The notes under the pieces: generated by a model | The model's input: only the letters and a program-made list of their open reading frames with translations | What the model was told of the DNA's origin: nothing | Database searches by the model: none | Source: the human T2T-CHM13v2.0 reference genome, Homo sapiens | Assembly (NCBI RefSeq): GCF_009914755.1 | Contig: NC_060928.1 | Length of the DNA stretch: 64,000 nt | Strand: one strand, 5' to 3' | Part shown: one piece after another, positions 29,046 to 40,290 of the stretch | How positions within the stretch are numbered: position 1 is the stretch's first letter | Layout of the letters: each line of letters starts with the position of its first letter | Program-made: the position numbers and the translations under genes

Positions 29046-30149
29046 ACAATAAAGCAATAAAGAACTTTCTTGTACTTAAGTTCGTAAATTTTTGCATATA
29101 AAAGGAAAAGCTTGGATCATTTTTCCAGATTTTTTTTCCCATAAGTGTTATGATAGTTCAGTCAAGTGTTCACACATTCCAAAAATGGTTGCTTTCTTGT
29201 TAGAGATTGGGGCTAGATGGTTTTAGGTCCTCCTCCTTCTTTAAAGCATTTGATTATTAAGGAAAAACAAGGGATCTTAATTATTATGAATTGAATAAGT
29301 ACATCTAAAGTATATTATCATTTCCAAAGCAGAAGAAAATGATGTCTGGTTGACTTAGTCCAATCCAGCTTTATAAAGAAATATCTAACAGAATTTGAGG
29401 CTGGCATGATATCCATTGCTGATTTCAAGCAAAGGTTAGGCTGAATTTCCAGAACATCCCCACTCATCAGCACTTCCTCCACTCTACCCTATCTTCCTCA
29501 CCACAAGGAAAATTAGCATTGGGTGTTGTGATTTGAGATACAGGAATTTCCAACGATAAACATGCTAACTATAGTACTCTTCAAGGACCTGTGCGTGGAG
29601 AAGAGAACACTAGTTTCCTTCTTATTCTACTCCTTCTGGTCGTCTCAGCATATGCCATGTTATAATCCAAGTTAAAATGATTTAGGTTTCTGCCTATTAA
29701 CTCCAAGCAAAGTTCAAATCCCACATAAATAAGGTTTTTCTACTGTCAACATAGTGATCATTTTCCTGCACCAGGATTTATTTTCATATTCCCAAAGTTC
29801 CTAATTCTGCACGTTTTCCAACTGTTGCCTGCTTCCTGAAATAGTGCTAATTTGACCCAGGGTCTGTTCCTGTCAGTCACTGGATGAGAAGTTTTTTACA
29901 ATATATTTGTACAACTGTTACACTAGGACAAGGAAGGCAATGGAAATCTCAGGCCAGTATTGGCCATCCCACTTCCAGACCATTCCGAGCAACATTAGAC
30001 ATGCTTCTCAGTTTTTATTAATCTCTCCAAGCAAAGAGATCGCAAACCACTATGCTTTTCTTCTATTTTTAACCTTTATATTTTAATTTACAACAAAGAA
30101 ATACATATATCTTTTTTAAAAAAGCAAGTTGAACCAAAACGTTTATAAT

Positions 30150-30282
30150 TAAGGTGACAGTATGATTTATTACACAAACTGGGACACTTTTGTCTCACAT
30201 AAATATTAGAGCAAACAGGATATGAGATATGACACGTAAACCAGAACTGACATGGGCAAACAAATATATGGGGTTGCTCTTA
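30150..30282 (+). mobile_element. hAT-Blackjack MITE (MER94/MER81-like)
   Basis: AAGGTGACAGTATGATTTATTACACAAACTGGGACACTTTTG...CGTAAACCAGAACTG...GGGCAAAC...ATATGG. Confidence 0.6.
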
Positions 30283-30289
30283 TAATGAA

Positions 30290-31890
30290 AAATAGCAGAT
30301 CCTGACCCACCCAACTCTCAACTTCACTCCCTACCATAAATCACTGTTAACTCTTTTAGCTATATTTTCTGGAAGTTATCTCCTTTTTTCTGTAGAATTA
30401 ATTATATGACTAGCTCTCAAATAATCAGTTTTGGGCATTAACTATTGACTTGCTATTATGATAGAATAAAACCGAGTCTTCTTATACCACTGATCTCTCG
30501 TTCCCATCCTACTAATATCACTATATCATTATTTTTTGTTAAATTAGTAATAGTTTGCAAAATTGCCTATGTAAATATTATTCACTACAAAACCAAGTAA
30601 TACCAAAGTATTTTATGAAAGAACTACATTTTTTCTTGTACTCCTTATAGCTCTTTTCCTGAATTTAAGTTGCCTTATTTCTTGATCTTTGTAACTTCAA
30701 TACTCACATCTTTATTTTATTCTCCAAGTTCTCCATCATAGTCTACCACTGAGTTGTTCTCCTCACCTGCTAAATCATATGTTCTATCAAGTCCCCTTTA
30801 TTTCCAGACCATCTCCTTCCTGGAGCCCCCAATCCTGCTGCTCCAACCTGAACTAATGCCTGCTGTAGAGGGCTCATCTTGAATATTCTTCCTTCTGAGT
30901 CAGAATCACTGTTTCTTGGAAATGATGTTTCATCTTTGATTTATTTCTTCATTGTGATGAAGCACATTCAGAAGAGGCTCTCAAAGAATATATGAGTACC
31001 TGAATCCTCGTATGTGTGCAACTGTCTTCACTTTACCTAAATTTTTACTGATAATATGGCTGGACATGACATTGTAATTAGGAAATCATTTTCACTCAAA
31101 ATTGTGAAATGCTTCATTCCTTCTAGTACCTAGTGTAGCCACAAAGCAGATGCTATTCTAATGCTTATACCTTTATTGGTGACTCAATTTTATTTTTCCT
31201 CTCCAGAAATTTTTAGAATCTTCCTCTGTATCCCTGGTCTAGAATTAAGTGCTTTGGGGTGGGTCTTTTTTAATTATGTTACTGGGGCCCATTTCCATCT
31301 GTTTAGGAAATATTATTTTATTACTTTGTGGTTATTTTTCTCCTATTGTTTTATCTGTTCTTTACTTATGGAATTCTTTTTATTCAAATTTTGGGCATCA
31401 TAAATAAACTCTAGTCTTTCATATTTTCCTATTATAACCAATCTCCCTTTGTGTTTCACTCTCGGGAGGTCTTATTGACTATCTTCCAACCATTTACATA
31501 ATTCTCTCTTTCAGCAATCATATTTCAAACTTGCAAACCTTCTCTTTTTCTAATTTCTCCTTTTCATAGCATCTATTTATTGTTTTATGACTACAATAAT
31601 CCCTGTTCATCCCTGAATTTGTAATGTGGAATGTTTCTTCTTTTTCCTGAATTATCTGTGTTTCTTCTGGGTTCATTTCATTTATTTATTTTTGACTGTC
31701 TGTTTCTGGGAGGGAATTTTCATTATGTGGACAGTGGCTCATGATTGTCCATTCACATTTAATAATAAGACACTAGGAGATTATTGGAAACTCTCCGATT
31801 ACAAATGAAGATCATTGATTAGAGGCTTCACTTTTGGGTGCCTGAGGTGGAACTTTTCTTTAGACTCCTCTAAGAGCCCCTAGTGTCAAT
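30290..31890 (-). mobile_element. Highly diverged old L1 (L1ME/L1M5-like) antisense fragment
   Basis: Long T-rich stretch with L1-antisense motifs (TGATAATATGGCTGGA...GGAAATCATTTTCACTCAAAATT; GATGCTATTCTAAT; GAAATTTTTAGAATCTTC). Confidence 0.5.
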
Positions 31891-32516
31891 GTGTGGGTAT
31901 TCTGATTATCTAATGCGCATAATAAGCCATTATAAAATGTAATTCAATGTGCATACCAAAAAGAAAATCTAATACTTACCTGGTTTTTAACTCATTTCCA
32001 TTTTCTGTGTATATGTGGATATTTATGGATGCTTTCTTGAATTTCTCTTGCCACACATATGAATACTAATCCAGAGCAATGTCTTGGATCTTTATTGATA
32101 GTTGGTTAATATTGGTTATTTACTAAAGGGAAAACTATTGAGGAGAGTATTAGGACAAATCAACTAAAAAGCTTAGATCTCTGATGACTACAAAATCAAA
32201 AGGAAGGGTCAACTAACCTAAAGCAGAAGACCTGATTTGCAAACTCACATTACCAGTAGAAACATTTTTAGCTGCAGAAAACTCTATGTGCTTTTAAAAA
32301 TATTTGCCATTTGACCCTAATTCATTCATTGATTTACCACTGTGAATTTTTTGTATTCTTACTTACTGGGTTTTTTTTTAATTTGCTAAATAGATATTTT
32401 TTCATCCAAGGAAGCTCAAATTCAGCTCCTGTAAATATTTTTCTTATGTGGAATAAATTGCTTTAAGTTTGTATTAAAAGCAAACTTAAAGCAATTAAAG
32501 GATATACATATGGTGT

Positions 32517-32826
32517 TTTTTTGTTTTGTTTTGTTTTGTTGTTTTTGTGATAGAGTCTTGCTCTGTCACCCAGGCTGGAATGCAGTGTCACCACTCCACT
32601 TACTGCAACCTCTGCACTCCCGGTTCAAGCGATTCTCGTGCCTCAGCCTCCTGAGTAGCTGGGATTACAAGTATGCACCACCACGCCCAGCTAATTTTTG
32701 TATTTTTAGTAGAGATGGGGTTTGCCATGTTAGCTAGACTGGTCTCAAACTCCTGGCCTCATGTGATCCACCCACCTTGACCTCCCAAAGTGTTGGGATT
32801 ATAGGCATGAGCAATCAAACGTGGCG
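32517..32826 (-). mobile_element. Full-length AluS (AluSz-like) with (TTTTG)n tail
   Basis: AGAGTCTTGCTCTGTCACCCAGGCTGGA...CTAATTTTTGTATTTTTAGTAGAGATGGGG...CCTCCCAAAGTGTTGGGATTATAGGCATGAGC. Confidence 0.95.
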
Positions 32827-33039
32827 TAGTGTACCATTTAGTAACATAATTGATCTACCATACATACACACTGCTTTATTGCTGTGATTAGATTTTGGTA
32901 GAATAGACAAGAAAAACACACAGAAAGAAATAAAAGATCAATATTCTTCCAGAGCATAGAACAGTTCACCATCATGTTTGGTAATCCACCCAGAATGTTT
33001 GTAGAATATCTAAGACACACAGAATTAGATTTAGTTATT

Positions 33040-34098
33040 AAAAACAAAACACCAAAAGCAATGGCAACAAAAGCCAAAATTGACAAATGGGATCTAATTA
33101 AACTAAAGAGCTTCCTCACAGCATAAGAAACTATCATCAGAGTGAACAGACAACTTACAGAATAGGAGAAAATTTTTGCAATCTGTCCATTTAACAAAGG
33201 GCTAATATCCAGAATCTACAAAGAACTTAAACAAATTTATAAGAAAAAAAAAACAACCCCATCAAAAAGTGGGCAAAGGATATGAACAGACACTTCTCAA
33301 AAGAAGACATTTATGTGTCCAACAAACATATGAAAAAAGCTCATTATCATGGGTCATTAGAGAAATCCAAATCAAAACCACAATGAGATACCATCTCACG
33401 CCAGTTAGAATGGCAATCATTAAAAGTCAGGAAACCACAGATGCTGGAGAGGATGTGGAGAAATAGAAAACACTTTTACACTGTTGGTGGGAGTGTAAAT
33501 TAGTTCAACCATGGTGGAAGACAGTGTGGCAATTCCTCAAGTATCTAGAACCAGAAATACCAGTTGACCCAGCAATCCTATTACTGGGTATAGACCCAAA
33601 GAATTGTAAATCATTCTACTATAAAGACACATACACTCGTATGTTTATTTCAGCACTGTTCACAATAGCAAAGACTTGGAACCAACCCAAATGCCCATCA
33701 ATGATAGACTGGATAAGGAAAATATGGCACATATACACCATGGAATACTATGCAGCCATAAAAAGGATGAGTTCATGTCCTTTGCAGGGACATGGATGAA
33801 ACTGGAAACAATCGTTCTCAGCAAACTAACACAGGAACAGAAAACCAAACACCACATGTTTTCACTCATAAGTGGGAGCTGAACAACGAGAACACATGGA
33901 CACAGGGAGGGGAATGTCATACACTGGGGCCTGTCAGGGGGTGTGGGGCTAGGGGAGGGATAGCATTAGGAGAAACACCTAATGTAGATGATGGGTTGAT
34001 GAGCACTGCAAACCACTGTGGCACATATATACCTATGTAACAAACCTGCATGTTCTGCACATGTATCCCAGAGCTTAAAGTATAATTTTAAAAAAAAA
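33040..34098 (+). mobile_element. 5'-truncated L1PA7-like LINE-1 (ORF2 C-terminus plus 3'UTR)
   Basis: AAAACACCAAAAGCAATGGCAACAAAAGCCAAAATTGACAAATGGG...CTTAAAGTATAAT plus A tail; colinear with about 23733-24777. Confidence 0.95.
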
Positions 34099-35189
34099 TT
34101 TACATTACATCTGTTACTTTACATAATGATAATGCTACACACATCAAGGTTTCACACAGCTAAAATCAAGAAAGATCTAAGTAGAATAAATAGTTCACAA
34201 TTCTGTCTTTTGAAATCATTTGTAACTGCTCGTGTACTTACTCTTCAGGTGACTCAAACATGAGGATTACCAAATAGGCCAAAAATGCAGAAGGCTCCAA
34301 AGTAAGTAAACCTGTGGTGAAGATTTAAATAAGATTTTTCCATCTTTTGTTTCTTCCAGAAAGAAAAGTCAAAGGTTCATGTTCTCTTAAAACAGAACAC
34401 AAACTTTCAAGTCTTTTCAAGTCACGAATTTTAAGCTGCCCTAAATAACTTAAAAATGAAAGGACATGTGCTTTCCTGCAGTATGTTTCTATATTGTCTT
34501 CATGAGCTGAGACAAAACCAGCAGTATTTACAACGAATTCCAGGTCTTAGTGGTATGGAAACTTACCCTTCAACCATCCACAAATGAGAATCACTCAGGC
34601 AGCTAAAATGACTTCTCAGGTTAACATAATCTTCCAAGGCCATGATGGGACTGTCCATAGCCTTCTCTCCACTGTACGCATGAGGAAGCAGCCATTATTA
34701 ACAGCCCTCCTTTTTTGCAGCATTAGACAGTAACAGGCCCATCCTGAGCTTATTTGCAGAGGACAGCTATGAAAACACTTCCAAAGATATTCACTCCAGG
34801 CTAGAAAATACTCTTTCCCCACTAGCGTGAAGATTCATATTGTGCACTAGTAAATCTCTCTGCAAGTGTTCATCATGACGATGTACCCAGAAAGGAGTTC
34901 TAAGTTGTGATGAGCATCCTGCAGCAGTTTCAGGGAATCGTGGACGAAAAAACATGCCTCCTTAAAAAAACAAGCTACTGCAAAACATCAAAGCAGATCA
35001 AATTCATTCATGTGAAATATAATTGTTCATGGGAGTAAATAAAAAAGGACTAAGGTCTCATGCAATTTCTTAAAATTTCTGATTTTCACTTTATATAATC
35101 TCCTCAGTGCTTTCCATGAAACCAAACTGTCTAGCCATTAATATTCATAAACAACTTTCATTGTCAAGTTTGTTCCTAAATTTGAAGGA

Positions 35190-35245
35190 TTAACAAATTC
35201 CCAGATGATGCCCACACTGCTGGCCCAAGGACCACACTCTCTACT
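35190..35245 (-). mobile_element. MER5 fragment
   Basis: TTAACAAATTCCCAGATGATGCCCACACTGCTGGCCCAAGGACCACACT. Confidence 0.55.
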
Positions 35246-35469
35246 ACCCTAGAGAATTTCCCACACAACAATGTCTTTTGTCAACAATTGTTCTGTGCTG
35301 TAGACATCTTTATAAAGGAGGTACAGAGGCAGTAGATGGCAAAAGTAGGCTATGGTAAAATGGAAGGTAAAGCACATTAGTGGGAAGAAAAAGATGGTGG
35401 GTAGAAACCAAGTAGGAAGAGAACAGAAAATATCTCAGGCATGCACCAACAAAATAGTGAAGTGGAAAT

Positions 35470-35652
35470 ACCTATTTTTAGTCACATGGACAGAGGTTCA
35501 AACCCTATATCTGGTGCTATGCATGGTGCTTATCTGGTGTAACATATATATTCTAATTCCTATTCTTATCTGCAAATGGGGACAATACTTTTCACTTGGG
35601 GTTGTATGTGTTCGATGTGGGAAATATATCAAAGCACTTAGCTCATAGTAAG
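35470..35652 (+). mobile_element. MIR
   Basis: GGTTCAAACCCT...TTCTTATCTGCAAATGGGGACAATA...ATCAAAGCACTTAGC. Confidence 0.6.
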
Positions 35653-37494
35653 AAGCAGTAAAGAAATACAAAAGGTTTTTGTACACAGTGCATGAATTTG
35701 AGAGCACAGAGAGAAAAGCTTGGATCATTTTCCCAAGCTTCCTTTATTTATTTTTTTCCCCGTAAGTACCGTGATGTCTCAACAAAAGAGGGGGAAGTCA
35801 GCACCTCCTGGCTGGGTTTTCAGGAATGCACAGTTCTCAAGTACAGTAGTTGTACTTTCTTTTTCTGGATTCTATTTCCATTCCCAAGTATACGTGATTA
35901 TGGAATCATTTCATCTATTATAAAAGACAGCAGCTTTTTATTTCACATGAAAAATACTAAATTAGTTTTAAACAGTTTGGGTTTTGGGGAGTGGGGGACA
36001 AGACACCAGGGGATAAGTTAAAAAGTTACATTGTATTTTGAGAGGCCAGAATCAAAGGAAGTCTCAAGTTGCTTTTGAGTCTAGTGTCATTCTTCCATCC
36101 GCACAAAACTTTGTCAGTGTGTTTTGATTCAATCCAAGTTCTTTTCTCCTTGATCTGTAACTACTGAAATGAATTATTGTTTTTCATTTTGTTATTCCCA
36201 TCTGTGATAATTTTACCTTCATGTGATAATACTTGATTCTTAATTAATATTCTACCAGATTTAGAATAAAAATCAATACTACTTATGTTATCAAAATTAA
36301 CATAACGGCCAATAGCCATTGATTGAACATCTCCTATGTGCCAGGCATTATAAATGTGTTTAAGAGATTTGGGGACATCTTTCCACAGTCATCAAAGTTC
36401 AAAGGAGCCTAACTGATAGTCCCCTCTTCACCGAATTTGACTTGGACTAATTATTTCTCATGACAGATCATGTTCACAGGCCATAAATCACATCAGTTAA
36501 CCCCATGGTTGTTATCAGCAACTGGATCCTCACCCAGAAGATAATTATTGATCAACACAGACCACTGGTATCTCTGTGGCCCCTGTCACTCCACCCCAAG
36601 TCTATTCATGACCATCTCAAGGCACAGAGGCTGCTTTATGAGGACGTGATGACAGCAGGGTCCTATCTGCAGCCTTCCCTGCAGGGATGTGCGAAAGTGA
36701 AAGGGCACGGCCTTTCACCTTTAAATCTCCACTGGCTTCTTGCCTTCGTTCTACAAATATGCTCTTCTTTGTTTCCTTGAAAGAAATCCCTTTGCTCCAT
36801 TTTCTTCTCTTTTCTGCCTTCCCTGGACTCCTTTCACTGTTTATGCCTAAACATGTATAAAGGTAATCCTAAGATTTATTGGCCACCAATTATGAATAAG
36901 ATATTTGAACATATTTAACCCTCCGAAAACAGGTAATGATGAAAATACGTTCAGAAAATTTCTTCACTAAAATCCAAACTCATGTTTGATGCCAAGACCT
37001 GTGTTTTGCTTCCCACACCTCCTAGAGGTGTCCACACCAGCTTAATCCCTTTTCTTACCAGGCCAGAATAGCCAGACCAGTTTTCTTTAGAAAATCAGCA
37101 TTTGTAATTTTCAATATGAAGTTGGGCTATGAAACGTAATTATCTTTCCTATGTGGTTCTTGATTGGCTAGAAGTACCTTCATACAAGGTTATAAGGTGT
37201 CAGGGCCACCTTCTGGAATGTTTCCTTGGAGGACATAGCCATGTAATTTGGAATCTCTACAGAATCCTTGATGGAAAGAAGAAGAAAACTTTAAACAGAA
37301 AATAGCACCATGAATAAATCTTGGAGAGAAACAGAAAGAGGAGGGAAACAGGAGCAGAGGGAGATGAGAAGTAGAAGGTTAGTAGGGTCCTTTATTTCTA
37401 AGCCCAGTATGCGTTTTAATTTAGTGGCTAAGTCCACTTGGTTTGCCCCAGCCAAGGGTGGTAGATTTCACCTAGAACTAAAGCTCCAGGCCCC

Positions 37495-37895
37495 TTGCTT
37501 CTGACTGGGTTGGCACTCTCCTGCCTCAGGACCTTTGCACATAGCCTTCCCTCTACATGGATTGCTCTTTCCAAATACCCACATAACTCTCTTTCCTCTC
37601 TAGGGACCTTAACTCATCTGTCATTTTCTCAGTGAGGGCTTCTTCATTTCTATTTTTGAAATTGCAACAACACTCTCTCCTCTATCATCTTCTTTTTGAC
37701 TGCCTTATTTTTCTCCATGGCACTTATACACTATATAATTCACTTTTTTAGTTTTTATTTTGCTTATTCTCATCCCTTCCCACTAGAATGGAACGTTCAT
37801 GAGGATAGGGATTTTTGTTCACTGCTGCATCCTAATGCCCAAACTGAACTTGGCATTCCATAAGTGATGTTAAACATTTGTTGAATGAATGAATG
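37495..37895 (+). mobile_element. L2a 3' end
   Basis: CTCCTGCCTCAGGACCTTTGCACATAG...CACTAGAATG...ATGAGGATAGGGATTTTTGTTCACTGCTG...ATTTGTTGAATGAATGAATG. Confidence 0.85.
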
Positions 37896-39271
37896 CATTT
37901 GAAGGTAAGTGACCCTCCACCTAAGTACTCACACTGTACAGCTATTTAGTAATGCAATATATGTGGGGCAAAGTTGGGTTTTCCTTTTAGTGACTAAGCC
38001 CCATCTTAATTCAGTGGGGCACCTTTCACTTGGTCCTGGGCCCATAAGTCACCAGGAATATTTTTATTTCAGAATTATACGTTACTGCTGGGTCTTGAAG
38101 CTGGTTCTTAAGGCACCTCTGCTCTAGGCACTTGAGAGTATTTTGAAGACAAGATAAATGTTCACAGCGCTCATATCGTGAACAGTAGAGATGAGAGCAG
38201 CTGTGTAAGAAACCAGAAGTAAACTATTCTCAGAGTCAAGGATAAAGGGCTGGAATGGCTGTTCTCAATTTGCCTTATCATTTTCAGATTACAAAATCTT
38301 AGTCCCACAGGCCATAAATTATAAGGTTGGCTGTATCCAAAGCCCTCATGATATCATCACATTGCCATGTTAATTAGTGAATACCCTAACTGTATAGAAA
38401 GCAGAAGTGCATCATTGTGTATTTGGTGCTGTTTAGTGAGCATTATAATCATTTTTCTCTAAAAATCTAAAGGTTCTACAAATTTGGAGGGATTGGTTTG
38501 GGGTGTTTTTTTTTCAATTTTCGAAACGTTTTAGTATATTTGGTTTGAAACTCAATAAAAGGAAGATTTTTAAAAGTCATACCCCATTGGCCTTTCCCAA
38601 GAACAATTTATACTGGAGTCTGTCTGCGGGGGTTAAACATGGAGTGTGCTTACAGCTCAGATTTCACAAGAGGGAAATGTGTGGAGTGTCTCCCAGGAAT
38701 GTCAAGCCCAAGAAGCTGAAAGGCGACTTGAGAAAAATTAAACATGGGCACATTTTAGTTGTATTTTATTACAAAGCAAACAGGAAGTCCAACATTAAAT
38801 GTAACAGCGTCACATGAGATCCAGTCAGAAAGGCTTTCATTTAATAAAACCATGGTAAAGTTATAGAAATGTCACTAGATGGTTGAAAACCTAAAAGATA
38901 ATTATAGTGAAAGATTATTTTTAAAGTTTAATAAAATTAGTTAAACAATGGGTTGAACCCTGGGGGCAAATCCAGCTTTGCAAGCAACCTCAGTCCCTGG
39001 AGACGTTCCCAGGACCTCTCCTGAAGTCAAGCAGCAGCTTCTTGCCTCTTGTCTGGTGAATTAAGGTAGCTTCGTAGCGGTTCACAAGAAGCCAGCCCGA
39101 AAACTGTGAGGTGCTAATTTAAAATTGACCACATATTTGAAAGCAACTGAAGTTTCTTATATGGGTAACTGGAAGAGACTGAGTAATATATATTGTGGGT
39201 GAGGCTTTTACTCTAATTTAGAACCTTATAAATTTAAAAAATGGGATCACTAAATAGATTGCTGGTGGACA

Positions 39272-39652
39272 CTGATGTTTCCCAATGGGTGGTCCTAAGA
39301 CCACTCAGCCAGATTCACAGGATGGGGTGGGTGTGGGGACTGAGAATGTGCTTGTTAAAAATGTAAAACTCTAAAACTTAGCATAGACCTGCTGAATATG
39401 GAATTTCTGAGAGTGGCTTCCTGGAATCACCAGACTTCGCATACTTCTGATGCTTACTAAAGTGTAGAGCTAACACTAGAGTGGGTTTCAACCTTTGCCA
39501 CATGTGGAAACACCCAGGAAGCTTTGAGAGTGAAGCCTGGTCCAACCTCCAGAAACTTTGTTGAATTGTCTGAAGTACAGCCTGGGCATCAGGATTTTTG
39601 AGAATCATCTTTAGATGATTCTAATATTGAGGTAAAATATATAATTACTGCA
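39272..39652. mobile_element. Two adjacent MER5-family MITEs
   Basis: TTTCCCAATGGGTGGTCC...GCTTGTTAAAATG...AGACCTGCTGAAT, then CTAGAGTGGGTTTCAACCTTTG...GCCTGGGCATCAGGATTTTT...GATGATTCTAAT. Confidence 0.65.
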
Positions 39653-40084
39653 ATAGAATCTCTTCTGAATAACAGCCTCCTCTTTCTTATTGTGTAGAAA
39701 TAAAACATGAATCATAAGATGGTTATGATCAAATAGGCAAAGTTCTTTGACTTATTTCCAAAAAAATCGTTAACAAGTTGAAATTAATCTCTGATTATAT
39801 GGGGCAACCCGAGGACCTGAGACTACAGTGGGTCAAATAACTGTCTAAGGTGTGAGTAAATACTTTTAGACAAGAAAAAACATCTGAGCAGAAAACTGTA
39901 GATATTAAAATCCCTGGAGATAAGCCAGAGAAACATGGATTTCATGGATCTGCTAGAAACCTTCTCTCTTCAAAGTTAGCAAAGGAATTGGGTGAAACAT
40001 TGAAATGTGTGGCCCCTTTCAAGCACCATTCAGCATGCCTTTAAACCTTAATTATGTTCTTTATAAGTTGAGTATACCAGGGGT

Positions 40085-40290
40085 TAATGATAATATCCAA
40101 TATTGATTGACCTCTTACTATGTGTCAGGCACTGTGTGAAGCCCTTTCAATGCATTCTGTTACTTATTGCTACATGGTAAGTATGATTATGACCCCATTT
40201 CACAAAAGAGAAAACTGAGACTTAGTGAGGTTAAATGTCCAAGGTTACACAGGTTTTAAGATCTTCAAAGCCTATCTTCTTAATCTATAT
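40085..40290 (-). mobile_element. MIR
   Basis: CTTACTATGTGTCAGGCACTGTG...CCCCATTTCACAAAAGAGAAAACTGAGACTTAGTGAGGTTAAAT...CCAAGGTTACACAG. Confidence 0.8.

Noticed and set aside
33020-34110. TSD for the truncated L1PA7-like copy (and for the 5220-9673 L1)
   Set aside because: Only weak AT-rich similarity between flanks; cannot be supported by eye
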